Assembly (NCBI GenBank): GCA_021812365.1
Contig: JAKANQ010000002.1
Location: forward strand, 16,953-80,952
Direction of reading: 5' to 3'
Length of the DNA stretch: 64,000 bases
Origin: a bacterium
GTDB taxonomy: Bacteria > Patescibacteriota > Minisyncoccia > UBA6257 > GWB1-50-10
In this document: piece after piece, positions 28,629 to 37,516 of the stretch
Numbering within the stretch: position 1 is the stretch's first letter
Layout of the letters: each line of letters opens with the position of its first letter
Program-made: the position numbers and the translations under genes
The notes under the pieces: model-generated
The model's input: the letters and a program-made list of their open reading frames with translations, nothing else
Told to the model about the DNA's origin: nothing
Database searches by the model: none

Positions 28629-28970
28629 ATGGATTTTGCGTTTTCATATATCATCTCTCGTTTTTTCTATCGAATCGCCGAGTTTTTGCGCCATTGGTAT
28701 GTGGTGGGTACTTATACATACGCCAATTTTGTGATGGGGGTTTTAAGGCGAATGGACAGAACTCTTGCGTGGCGTATTACGTTTAAGTACCTCTTTAAAC
28801 CGCTCTATGGAGACTATTCCGCGCTTGGGTATGTGATGGGATTCATATTTCGCCTATTCCGACTTTTTGTGGGTAGTATCATCTATTTTGCGGTATTTGT
28901 TGTCGCGCTTCTCTCATATCTTCTATGGCTCTCGCTTCCGCTGTATCTTATCGCGAAATTATTTTTTTAA
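28629..28970 (+). CDS. Small hypothetical membrane protein (3 hydrophobic segments)
   Basis: 113-aa ORF ending 12 nt before the ClpB-like gene; possible operon partner. Confidence 0.4.
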   Translation: MDFAFSYIISRFFYRIAEFLRHWYVVGTYTYANFVMGVLRRMDRTLAWRITFKYLFKPLYGDYSALGYVMGFIFRLFRLFVGSIIYFAVFVVALLSYLLWLSLPLYLIAKLFF

Positions 28971-28982
28971 TTTTTTATTCTT

Positions 28983-31496
28983 ATGCTTTACTTCCGCGAA
29001 CCACGCCTCCTTTTCACCTCTTTCGGTGAATTTATAGTGCGCCTTGTTTCATACTCGATGTATGCAATCCTCTCGCTAGGGGCGATATTTCTTGTTATTT
29101 CAAATACACCAGTCATGAGGCGCGTGGGGATTCTCGTGGCGCTCTTTCTTATTGATAGAGCCTTTCATGTGGGGAGGGGTGAGCGTTCAATCGCAGAACT
29201 CACTGGCGAAAAGAAGAATGTCGCATTGACGCTTACGGTGCCAGCATATCGAGTCATTAATCGGGCATATCGAAAAGCGCGAACCGTAGGTAAGAATTTT
29301 TACCTTATTCTTCTTCAAGAGTTGCTTGAACATAAGGATATAAAAGAGTCGTTAAAACGGCTCTCTGTCGACGTTCATGAGTTTGAGAAAAAAGTAGAGA
29401 GCGCTATTCAGATGGCGCCGGTGAATTCCCTTAAACGAGAAGATCTTTTACAGGTAATCGAATCATTGGTGGTTATTGCGTACGGGAATGCGCTTCATAC
29501 GGGTGAGCAGTATGTGCACACAAGAAATCTTTTCGTCGCGCTTTCCCTCGCGGCCGATCCCGCGGTCTCCCGTCTTTTCGAACTTTCCGAACTCTCATCT
29601 ACGAACCTGCAGGAGGCGGTTATTTTCGGACGGTGGAGAAAGACATTTTTCAGAACATTCGGCCTTCCTTCTGTCCTTGGAGGGTTCGTCCACCCCCCCA
29701 TCAGCTCAACTAAAAAGCGAATGAATCGTTCATGGACGTCTCGTCCTACGCCGATTCTTGATAGGTTTAGCACGGACCTCACCGATCTTGCGCGGGCAAA
29801 TCGAGTGGGATTTTTGATAGGGCACGAGAAGGAGTTCGAGACGCTTTTACAAGTTGTCGCCCGAGTTGGCAAACCAAATGCGTTGTTGGTGGGAGAGCCT
29901 GGAGCTGGCAAGAACTCGGTCATAGCGCATCTTGCATATCGGATGATAAACGATGACGTTCCTCCCGTGTTATTTGATAAGCGTCTCGTATCGATTGATG
30001 TGGGCGGACTTGTTTCTGATGTAACACCAGACGCGCTTGCGGGACGATTGAATGGTATTGTTGATGAGGTGTTGGCTGCGGGTAACATCGTGCTACACAT
30101 CCCTAACATGCACGACCTTTTTCGTACGGGGCAGGCGAAGGCGATGAACGCGATTGATATTCTTCTGCCGCTTATCGTAAGCCAAGGTATTCCGGTCATT
30201 GGGGAATCGTTTCCCCGTGAATTCAAGCAGTATATCGAGCCGCGCACCGATTTTTTGGATCAGTTTCAGGTCGTTCCCATAGAAGAGATATCAGAAGACG
30301 ATGCGGTAAAGTATCTCATTTATAGCTCGCTCATTCTTGAGAAACAATATGGCGTCTTCATCACGTTTCGCGCGATTGAAAAAGCGGTCAATCTCGCGCA
30401 TCGATATTTTCACGATAAGCTGCTGCCCGGAAGTGCCGAGGATCTTTTGAAACAAGCGATTACCGCGGCAACCACGAATAAAAAGAAGCTTGTTGAAGCG
30501 GATATGGTGGTGGCTATTGCGGAGCGGCAAAGCAAGGTCCCCATCGGACAGGCACGAGAGGTGGAGGCGGAAAAACTGTTGAATCTTGAAAGCATCATCC
30601 ATGAGCGGTTGGTGAATCAGGATGCGGCGGTGAGTTCTGTGTCGCGCGCGCTCCGCGAATATCGCAGCGGACTTGCTCGCAAAGGCGGACCTATTGCAAC
30701 CTTCCTTTTCGTGGGTCCGACCGGGGTTGGAAAAACTGAACTTGCGAAGATATTGACCGACATTCAGTTCGGTTCAAAAGATTTTATGCTTCGCTTCGAT
30801 ATGTCGGAGTATCAAGATAAACAGAGCATCTTTCAGCTTATCGGTACGCCTTCGGGTGAGAAATCAGGAACGCTTACTGATGGGGTGCTGAAGAATCCCT
30901 ATAGTCTTGTGTTGCTTGATGAGTTCGAAAAAGCGCATCCTGATATTCTCAACCTTTTTTTGCAGGTATTCGATGATGGGCGTCTCACTGATAGTATGGG
31001 GCACGTCGTTGATTTTCAGAATACAATCATCATCGCCACCTCAAACGCCAATTCAACCTTTATAAAGGAGGAGATAGAAAAAGGTTCGAAGGTTGAAGAT
31101 ATCGCCGTTGAATTGAAAAAGAAATTAACGGACTATTTCAAGCCTGAACTTATAAATCGTTTTTCTGATATCATTGTATTTCGCGATCTGAAGCCCGAGG
31201 AAATATACGCCGTTGCAAAGATTCTTGTGAAGGATGTGGTGGGCACTCTTCGAACGGCGCAGGGTATTGATCTTAGGGTTGACGACTCCGCCCTTAAGAA
31301 GATAGCCGAGCTTGGATTCAGTCCTGTGTTTGGCGCAAGGCCTTTGCGCCAAGTCATTTCCGAGAAGGTGAGGAGCACGCTTGCGGAAAAGATATTGCGC
31401 CGTGAGATTACGCGAGGTGTAGTGCTATCGCTTGTATACGCAAATGATCAGTTTGTGTGGTCAAATGTCGAAGATGAGGTAAATAAGGTACAATAG
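28983..31496 (+). CDS. ClpB/ClpC-family AAA+ ATPase with N-terminal membrane anchor and degenerate first nucleotide-binding domain
   Basis: NBD2 intact (FLFVGPTGVGKTELAKIL; Walker B LVLLDEFEKAH; ARPLRQVI C-terminal motif). NBD1 degenerate: GEPGAGKNSV instead of GKT, and IVLHIPNMHDL where the DE Walker B should be. Clp_N-like region present. Two hydrophobic helices in the first 60 aa. Confidence 0.7.
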   Translation: MLYFREPRLLFTSFGEFIVRLVSYSMYAILSLGAIFLVISNTPVMRRVGILVALFLIDRAFHVGRGERSIAELTGEKKNVALTLTVPAYRVINRAYRKARTVGKNFYLILLQELLEHKDIKESLKRLSVDVHEFEKKVESAIQMAPVNSLKREDLLQVIESLVVIAYGNALHTGEQYVHTRNLFVALSLAADPAVSRLFELSELSSTNLQEAVIFGRWRKTFFRTFGLPSVLGGFVHPPISSTKKRMNRSWTSRPTPILDRFSTDLTDLARANRVGFLIGHEKEFETLLQVVARVGKPNALLVGEPGAGKNSVIAHLAYRMINDDVPPVLFDKRLVSIDVGGLVSDVTPDALAGRLNGIVDEVLAAGNIVLHIPNMHDLFRTGQAKAMNAIDILLPLIVSQGIPVIGESFPREFKQYIEPRTDFLDQFQVVPIEEISEDDAVKYLIYSSLILEKQYGVFITFRAIEKAVNLAHRYFHDKLLPGSAEDLLKQAITAATTNKKKLVEADMVVAIAERQSKVPIGQAREVEAEKLLNLESIIHERLVNQDAAVSSVSRALREYRSGLARKGGPIATFLFVGPTGVGKTELAKILTDIQFGSKDFMLRFDMSEYQDKQSIFQLIGTPSGEKSGTLTDGVLKNPYSLVLLDEFEKAHPDILNLFLQVFDDGRLTDSMGHVVDFQNTIIIATSNANSTFIKEEIEKGSKVEDIAVELKKKLTDYFKPELINRFSDIIVFRDLKPEEIYAVAKILVKDVVGTLRTAQGIDLRVDDSALKKIAELGFSPVFGARPLRQVISEKVRSTLAEKILRREITRGVVLSLVYANDQFVWSNVEDEVNKVQ

Positions 31497-31506
31497 ATTA
31501 AGTTAT

Positions 31507-32070
31507 ATGATATCGACACCGCGCCCCCACACTAAAATAGACATTACTAAAAAGGAATTTTCCGCAGGAATCATCATTTTCAGGAGGACTAAAGAAGGTC
31601 CTAAGTTTTTGATACTGTATCACGGCGGGCCATACTGGAACTTCCCCAAGGGGAAGCTTGAGGGGGAGTCAAACTTTAAAGCGGCACTTCGTGAGGTACA
31701 GGAGGAGACCGGTATCGTGCAGGACGACCTCAGGTTCAAAAGCTGGTTCAAGGTACAGGACAAGTTTACCTACGTGCGCAACAAAGAGAAGATTGCCAAG
31801 GTGGTAACCTATTATCTTGCAGAAACCAAACAGAAAGAAGTAAAGATAAAGATAGTCCCTGATACGCACGAAGGTGAGCAGCATGAGGGATATGGATGGT
31901 TCTTATATCGTGACGCGGTCCGACTGCTTATCTCACCAACGCTGAAACAGAATCTCAAGAAGGCTTATCTCGCCATTACGCGAAAGAAGACGCCCCCCGC
32001 TCTTCGTATGAATCCGTCCCCGACAACCAATAACAAGATTCCTCAAGCAATAAAAAATCCGCTCATCTAG
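31507..32070 (+). CDS. NUDIX hydrolase
   Basis: Nudix box GKLEGESNFKAALREVQEETGI. Confidence 0.75.
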   Translation: MISTPRPHTKIDITKKEFSAGIIIFRRTKEGPKFLILYHGGPYWNFPKGKLEGESNFKAALREVQEETGIVQDDLRFKSWFKVQDKFTYVRNKEKIAKVVTYYLAETKQKEVKIKIVPDTHEGEQHEGYGWFLYRDAVRLLISPTLKQNLKKAYLAITRKKTPPALRMNPSPTTNNKIPQAIKNPLI

Positions 32071-32083
32071 AGCGGATTTTTTT
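32053..32083. terminator. Bidirectional rho-independent terminator
   Basis: aaaaatccgctc-atctag-agcggatttttt between convergent NUDIX and rplT. Confidence 0.65.
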
Positions 32084-32086
32084 GTA

Positions 32087-32437
32087 TTATTTTATCTTTG
32101 CCGCCTCCACTATCTTTACGAATACTTTCGGTTCTGTTTTGGCGAGTTCTGCAAGGATCTTTCGGTCAATCTCTATCTTCTGTTTCTTCAGCGCGCCCAT
32201 AAGTACGCTGTAGCTTACTCCCTGCTTTCTTGCTGCCGCATTCACCTGGACCTGCCAAAGGGCTCGGAATTCACGTTTCTTCTCCTTCCTTCCTTTGAAC
32301 ATTCTGCTCTGCGCGTGAAGTAGCGCTTCTTTTGCCGCGCGCTCTTTTGTTTTTCTACCCCACTTATAACCCTTGGTGAGTTTTAAGGTCTTCTCTCTTT
32401 TTTTGTGGGCAATCGTACCTCTTTTTATGCGTGTCAT
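32087..32437 (-). CDS. rplT: 50S ribosomal protein L20
   Basis: MTRIKRGTIAHKKREKTLKLTKGYKWGRK... canonical L20. Confidence 0.9.
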   Translation of the reverse strand: MTRIKRGTIAHKKREKTLKLTKGYKWGRKTKERAAKEALLHAQSRMFKGRKEKKREFRALWQVQVNAAARKQGVSYSVLMGALKKQKIEIDRKILAELAKTEPKVFVKIVEAAKIK

Positions 32438-32440
32438 GTT

Positions 32441-32617
32441 TTAAAAATATTTCTTTATGAGCTCAGTCGAGTTTTCCAATCCGCGGCTGAGTTTCTTTCT
32501 CTTCATTTGCGAGGTCGACTTATTGACTCGCGAGTGTCCAAGCGCCATAGCGCGGCGGACCACCTTTCCCTTTTTGGTGATACGAATTCTTTTTGTGATA
32601 CTCTTTGGTGTTTTCAT
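32441..32617 (-). CDS. rpmI: 50S ribosomal protein L35
   Basis: Hand-translated 58-aa ORF MKTPKSITKRIRITKKGKVVRRAMALGHSR..., below the ORF-track cutoff. Canonical infC-rpmI-rplT order. Confidence 0.8.
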   Translation of the reverse strand: MKTPKSITKRIRITKKGKVVRRAMALGHSRVNKSTSQMKRKKLSRGLENSTELIKKYF

Positions 32618-32619
32618 AA

Positions 32620-33147
32620 TTATTTTTTTGCGATTTGAGTTATAAATCCTCTGCCGCCTTGTTTCGGGGGGAGTGTCACTTGGTGGGGGGTGATTATCAT
32701 TCCCAAAAACTCTTTCAGTTTTTGCAATCCCCAGTCCTTGTTTCCCTTCTCCCTTCCCTTAAGGAACAATCCTATTTCAACTTTGTGGCCTTCAGCAAGG
32801 AATTCCTCAACTTTCTTCACTTTCACAAGAAGGTCGTTTTGTCCGGCGCGGGGGGTGATGCGAACCTGCTTTAGCTCTTTTGTCTTTTGAGTGGAGCGCT
32901 TCTTCTTCTCCTCCTTTTCCTGCTGGTATCTAAACTTATCAAAACCTATGATTTTTGCAACTGGCGGCTTCGCCATTGGCGCGATTTCGATAAGGTCTAA
33001 CCCTCTTTCGTGAGCCGCTTCCAGCGCCTGACTAAGCGACATAACACCAAGATTTTCGCCGGAATCAGTCACTACACGAAGTTCCGATGCCTGTATTTGA
33101 TTGTTTACTCTATATTGTATGGGAGAATAATACCACAAGTTTCGCAT
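32620..33147 (-). CDS. infC: Translation initiation factor IF-3
   Basis: ...INNQIQASELRVVTDSGENLGVMSLSQALEAAHERGLDLIEIAP... both IF-3 domains present. True start may be a non-ATG codon inside the ORF. Confidence 0.85.
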   Translation of the reverse strand: MRNLWYYSPIQYRVNNQIQASELRVVTDSGENLGVMSLSQALEAAHERGLDLIEIAPMAKPPVAKIIGFDKFRYQQEKEEKKKRSTQKTKELKQVRITPRAGQNDLLVKVKKVEEFLAEGHKVEIGLFLKGREKGNKDWGLQKLKEFLGMIITPHQVTLPPKQGGRGFITQIAKK

Positions 33148-33176
33148 TTGTAAAATGAGTTTGTCTTGGGTATCCG

Positions 33177-33201
33177 CAAAAAAGGAGCCCCGTAGGGCTC
33201 C
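33177..33201 (-). terminator. Rho-independent terminator for the upstream minus-strand hypothetical gene
   Basis: Minus-strand reading ggagccctacggggctcc followed by a T-run. Confidence 0.55.
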
Positions 33202-33212
33202 ATGGTCTTAGG

Positions 33213-33794
33213 TTAGCGCGCAGAAATGAGCGCCGCAACCTCTGTGTTTTTGATGAGTCCGCACTGTAGCGCGGCGATCACATCAAGCGGGGAGATGGCT
33301 CCAAGCGTAAGTGCTTCTCGTATCTCGATGAAAATGGGGAAGACGGTGCTGTCATTCACGCGGTCTCCGAGACCGTCGTGAAAGGCCTGCCCTTCTCTCG
33401 CGGTATCCGGAAAGCGGGCGCTGCGGCCCAGTGCGGTGCAGAGGATGTAGAATACCTCTCCTTCCTTGCGCTCGGGGTGTTCGAAACGTCTTCGTACTTG
33501 TTCCGATATCACCGACGGTTTTTCGACGGGCCTTGGCAGCTCTCCGTGAAGCGAGGCGTGCCAGGCCTCAAGCGCCTGACTCATCTCCTTTGTGGCTTTG
33601 GAGAAGTTTGGAATGTATGTATCCGCGATTTGCATCTCTTCCTTATTGCTTTTTGCTTTTTTCAGTAAGGCCGCCATTTCGGCAAAGATGCCTGCGGCAA
33701 TGAACTTTTGGTCCAACGCGCGAACAAAAAGATGCTGATTCATTCTCATGACGAACTCCTCAAAAGGGAAGATTGTAAAAGAACAACTGAACAA
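33213..33794 (-). CDS. Hypothetical protein (G+C-richer than the core genes; leftmost gene of the putative island)
   Basis: 193-aa ORF with no recognised motif. Locally higher G+C. Confidence 0.4.
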   Translation of the reverse strand: MFSCSFTIFPFEEFVMRMNQHLFVRALDQKFIAAGIFAEMAALLKKAKSNKEEMQIADTYIPNFSKATKEMSQALEAWHASLHGELPRPVEKPSVISEQVRRRFEHPERKEGEVFYILCTALGRSARFPDTAREGQAFHDGLGDRVNDSTVFPIFIEIREALTLGAISPLDVIAALQCGLIKNTEVAALISAR

Positions 33795-33862
33795 AAAAAT
33801 TGTAACCTATTTTAGTGAAAAAGTCAACATAAGAAAACCCCGCCTTTCGGCGGGGAAGTGAT

Positions 33863-34174
33863 TTATTTTGAAAGTGCCCATTTTCCAGTGCTTTCGAGTT
33901 TGTACTTCGTTTCGCTTCCGTCTTGGTTGCGAACGACTGTGGTTTCTGGGAATCCCGTGAATTCACTGTGTTCCACACACACAATGTTCACGGCTTCGGG
34001 GTGGTCGGCCTGTATGGCGTGAAGGATTTTTTTACGATCCCTTTTTATCCATATGAGAAGGCATATCACCGCGATGAGTACGAAGACCCAGTCCACTGGG
34101 TTGAAGCCGTGAGGGGACAGCGCGAGGGTCTTTGCGAGGAGCTTGACCCAGTGCGCGAGCAGCATGAACATCAT
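33863..34174 (-). CDS. Small hypothetical membrane protein
   Basis: 103-aa ORF with one TM helix (VFVLIAVICLLIWI). Confidence 0.35.
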   Translation of the reverse strand: MMFMLLAHWVKLLAKTLALSPHGFNPVDWVFVLIAVICLLIWIKRDRKKILHAIQADHPEAVNIVCVEHSEFTGFPETTVVRNQDGSETKYKLESTGKWALSK

Positions 34175-34408
34175 TCATCTCCGGATGGTTGATTGGCGGT
34201 CGCGCCAAAAGGTCTGTCTAAAGCGTACCATATAATACATATTTTGTCAATCAACCATCCTTTTTTCCTTCAAATGAAAACAACCCCGTTGTGGGGTTGT
34301 TTTGTGTGGACATCGTTCAAAAATCTTGGAACCAGCTAGAGTGCTTTGTTTTTGAATGGGGCGAGGCAATCAGAAACTTAATGGGCCAAGAATTTATAAG
34401 CGTTAGTA

Positions 34409-34831
34409 TCACACAGCATTAGTAGAACCATCTACGGGCTCTACGTATTCTCGGGTGCCTCTACAGCGAGGAAAACGACTACAACCATAAAACCTACCCC
34501 GAGTACCATTGCGCAAAATCATAGGCGCGTTGCAATGCGGACACGTCATAGAATTACTCGTATTCCCTTCCTTGTTCGCAAATAGTCCGGCAATACCTTT
34601 AATTATTCCACCGATTAAACCAATTATTAAACTGACACCGAGGGCAATGAGAGGATCCGCCTTCACGGTGGTTCGGTTGTAAAGTCTATTGTATGCGGCG
34701 CGTTTTGGATTAGTGATCCAGCCGTACCCACGGGGTGCTTTAAGTCCCATAGAGTGTCTGACTACGCGCTTCCAGGAAGTTCTCGCCGCAATCCTCTTTT
34801 TTAACGATGGTGTTCTTATGCCGAATTTCAT
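34409..34831 (-). CDS. Membrane-anchored protein with C-terminal topoisomerase-type C4 zinc ribbon
   Basis: Basic N-terminus. TM helix LIALGVSLIIGLIGGIIKGIAGLF. Then CPHCNAPM...YGCSRFPRCRGT (zf-C4_Topoisom-like). Confidence 0.45.
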   Translation of the reverse strand: MKFGIRTPSLKKRIAARTSWKRVVRHSMGLKAPRGYGWITNPKRAAYNRLYNRTTVKADPLIALGVSLIIGLIGGIIKGIAGLFANKEGNTSNSMTCPHCNAPMILRNGTRGRFYGCSRFPRCRGTREYVEPVDGSTNAV

Positions 34832-34940
34832 TTTATTAATAAATCATAATTCTTTGCTTAAAAGAGGGAAAGGGTTTTCTGTCCTTTTTATTCAAAAAAC
34901 CGACCAGCGTGATTGGTCGGTTTTTCAGCCTACTTGCCCC

Positions 34941-35396
34941 CTAAGACTGCCAGGGGGAGTTAACTTCTACGGGATAAACGTTCGGGAACCTATCTCCAAC
35001 CTTTGGGTTCCATTTGTCTCCCAGGTGGCGCTCTACGCCATCCAGATGGATTGCTGGAACGGCTGCCCACGTTGCGAAAAGGCCAAGGCCCTTATACGCA
35101 AGAATTTCTGGGTCCTGGTTGTGGTTGGAGAGCCTGTCTCCTATAACTCCCTGTCCAACCCTTACCACCGCTGGATTTGCTCCGCCGTGCCATATAATAT
35201 AAACGCCGCTTAGATTATCGAAATACGAACTTTCGAAATTTAAAGAAGCTAATTCATACCAATGGTCGGGGTGTTTAGCCCACTGCAGTTTTAACACTAT
35301 CTGCTTGTTAAGAGGGGGGTGTCGTGGTATGCTTAAACTGTTAGATTTGAGCATTTGGCCTGTATCGACCCGGAAAATCACGCTTTCCGAAGCCAT
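34941..35396 (-). CDS. Hypothetical protein with GIY-YIG-like nuclease motif
   Basis: GVYIIWHGGANPAVVRVGQGVIGDRLSNH fits the GIY-(x10)-YIG...R..H spacing. Confidence 0.4.
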   Translation of the reverse strand: MASESVIFRVDTGQMLKSNSLSIPRHPPLNKQIVLKLQWAKHPDHWYELASLNFESSYFDNLSGVYIIWHGGANPAVVRVGQGVIGDRLSNHNQDPEILAYKGLGLFATWAAVPAIHLDGVERHLGDKWNPKVGDRFPNVYPVEVNSPWQS

Positions 35397-35582
35397 TTTC
35401 CACTAAAAACATCCTTTCCCGGGTGTTTTTTAGTAGCACGTTGGTTATTAACACCTCCCTATTGTGCTACGGGGGTCAGAGGTATATAATACTATTAACC
35501 CTTAACGTTAATTATATCACGTTTATGAGTTGAAAACAAGCAATGTGTGGACTATGCTGGTCGAGTAGTCCACAACAAAGAA

Positions 35583-35915
35583 ATGATAGTATCTTTCGAA
35601 AAAAAGAAATTAGCTGACCAGCTTGGCAATCCGCGCACTTGTATTCAAAGCTACGGAGTAGCTATGCAAAAAATGATCCATAGGAGGCTAAACGAACTAT
35701 CTGCCGCCCCCTGCCTGGAAACGATGCGCGGCATAGGAGATTGCCACGAATTGCACGGCGTATCAAAAGGACTTTTGGCGATTGATTTAATCGGTAAGCA
35801 GCGAATGGTATTTAGGCCTGCGGCCCCATCGAGCTCATATACAGAAAATAACTGTATTGCCTGGGCGAAGATAGATGATGTGATTATCGTCGGCGTGGGA
35901 GATTACCATAAATAA
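35583..35915 (+). CDS. higB: HigB-type toxin (plasmid maintenance killer protein, RelE/ParE superfamily)
   Basis: MIVSFEKKKLADQL... N-terminus and C-terminal ...IIVGVGDYHK (the family ends in DYH). 5 nt upstream of the HTH-antitoxin gene. Confidence 0.65.
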   Translation: MIVSFEKKKLADQLGNPRTCIQSYGVAMQKMIHRRLNELSAAPCLETMRGIGDCHELHGVSKGLLAIDLIGKQRMVFRPAAPSSSYTENNCIAWAKIDDVIIVGVGDYHK

Positions 35916-35919
35916 AAAG

Positions 35920-37032
35920 ATGAATAAAAACGATTTAATATTTAAGCCTTCTGTTGCCATCGCGCCAGGAGAAACACTTTTCGAATTGATAAATTCACTA
36001 GGCATTACGCAGGCAGAGCTTTCTCGACGAATGAATAGGCCGTTGAAAGTTGTCAACGAAATAATTAAGGGCAAATCAGCAATTACCCCAGAAACCGCGC
36101 TACAACTTGAGCAGGTTTTGGGTAAGCCCGCTTCGTTTTGGAATAATTTGGAAGCAACCTATCAAGGGCTTCGTGCGCGCGAATATTTGCGAGAGCAGCT
36201 GTCTTCGTTGGTTAATGAAGCAGAAAAATTTCCGTATACAGAAATGGCTGGGCTAAATTGGGTGCCAAGGGCAAGCGACGAAATCGACAGGGTCCACAAT
36301 TTGCTAAGTTTCTTCTCCGTAACTTCGTTCGATAACATTGTAGAAAAAGCTGCTCTAAAAGCTGCTTTTGATGTTTCAACTAAGCACAAAAAAGATAAGC
36401 CGGCCATATACGCCTGGTTGAGGCAGGGCGTTAGACAAATTGAAGGATTTCAGACTAAGGATTTTGATAGAAGCAAACTAATAAGCACACTTCCAGAAAT
36501 TAAAGGCTTAACAAAACTTTCGCCCGAGGAATTTATACCAAAATTGACGAGTATTTTGTCTGATTGTGGGGTTGCCTTTGTTGTTGTTAAGAGCATAACA
36601 AATGCTCCGGTTTTTGGTTCTACCAGATGGCTTGCTTCGAATAGAGCGCTAATACAGCTGAGCATTAGACTGCGCTGGGCAGATCGCTTTTGGTTTTCTT
36701 TGTTCCACGAGCTTGGACATATTCTTTATGGAAACAAGAAGGATTTTAATGTCGATTTTCTTGAAAATAACCCGGATGGAGATATTGAGGAAAAGGCTAA
36801 TTCTTTTGCCAGAGATGCACTTGTTAGCCCTGAAGATTATTTGAAAATAGTTAGCGTAATCGCCCCTAGAATTAGAGCAAAACAACCTGTTTATCCACTA
36901 GTCAATTCATTTGCGCAGACGCTAAATATACATCCAGGAATAATTGTTGGAAGGTTGCAGCACGATGGAATTTTCCCTCCTACTTTTAATAAATTAAGGG
37001 ACCGTCTCGAATGGAAAGGGGGCGAAAATTAA
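35920..37032 (+). CDS. HigA-type XRE-family HTH antitoxin fused to an ImmA/IrrE (DUF955) zinc-metallopeptidase domain
   Basis: HTH GITQAELSRRMNRPLKVVNEIIKGKSAITPETALQLEQVLG. C-terminal FSLFHELGHILYG (HExxH) with a downstream E/D, typical of ImmA/IrrE. Confidence 0.7.
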   Translation: MNKNDLIFKPSVAIAPGETLFELINSLGITQAELSRRMNRPLKVVNEIIKGKSAITPETALQLEQVLGKPASFWNNLEATYQGLRAREYLREQLSSLVNEAEKFPYTEMAGLNWVPRASDEIDRVHNLLSFFSVTSFDNIVEKAALKAAFDVSTKHKKDKPAIYAWLRQGVRQIEGFQTKDFDRSKLISTLPEIKGLTKLSPEEFIPKLTSILSDCGVAFVVVKSITNAPVFGSTRWLASNRALIQLSIRLRWADRFWFSLFHELGHILYGNKKDFNVDFLENNPDGDIEEKANSFARDALVSPEDYLKIVSVIAPRIRAKQPVYPLVNSFAQTLNIHPGIIVGRLQHDGIFPPTFNKLRDRLEWKGGEN

Positions 37033-37033
37033 A

Positions 37034-37180
37034 TTAGGTTATTAGGTTTTTAAACCTAATTCGGTTATCCGGTTAAATAACAGGATTTTTCAGTTGGGTT
37101 ATTGGCTTTTTAAAGCCAAAATGGATTTTTGGATTAAATAATCCAATTTCGGTTATTTTGGTTTTTTTAACCTAATTTTC
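37034..37180. repeat. Iteron-like array: four GGTTAT motifs interleaved with A/T-centred palindromes
   Basis: GGTTAT at about 37037, 37063, 37097 and 37150. Palindromes aggtttttaaacct (37043-37058), ttggctttttaaagccaa (37102-37119), ttggattaaataatccaa (37129-37146) and ggtttttttaacc (37160-37172). Lies between two convergent gene ends. Confidence 0.6.
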
Positions 37181-37516
37181 GTGCTTGTCTTCTTTGCGCT
37201 CCTCCATCCACGAGCCACCCTCCCACATTGATTTCATACCCCTTATCAAAGGGTTCATTCCGGCCGCTGCCATAAGGTAATAAAGCACCCCGAATAAGCC
37301 AGCAACGATCATAGCGACTACGCTGCTGAAGTTAAAATCGGAAACCAGCAAAGAAAATATAACCCAAATCCCAAAACCAATCCCGGCTCTTTTGAAATGC
37401 TTTTTCTCCAGCTTTTTCATAGATTGACCTTTGTTAATGTGCTGGCTGAAAACACAAAGCTCCCAGCCAGCGATGACCTTGCGGCCACCAACCCGAGTTT
37501 CCCCGGATTGCCTCAA
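37172..37516 (-). CDS. Small hypothetical membrane protein
   Basis: Two TM helices (IGFGIWVIFSLLV and VVAMIVAGLFGVLYYLMAAAG). The real start may be the internal MKKLEKK at 37420. Confidence 0.35.
   Translation of the reverse strand: MRQSGETRVGGRKVIAGWELCVFSQHINKGQSMKKLEKKHFKRAGIGFGIWVIFSLLVSDFNFSSVVAMIVAGLFGVLYYLMAAAGMNPLIRGMKSMWEGGSWMEERKEDKHEN

Noticed and set aside
34183-34192. tcatctcc match to the tmRNA 3' end as a candidate second att site
   Set aside because: Only an 8-10-nt match, in inverted orientation. Expected by chance in 64 kb, and serine integrases do not generate long direct repeats anyway.
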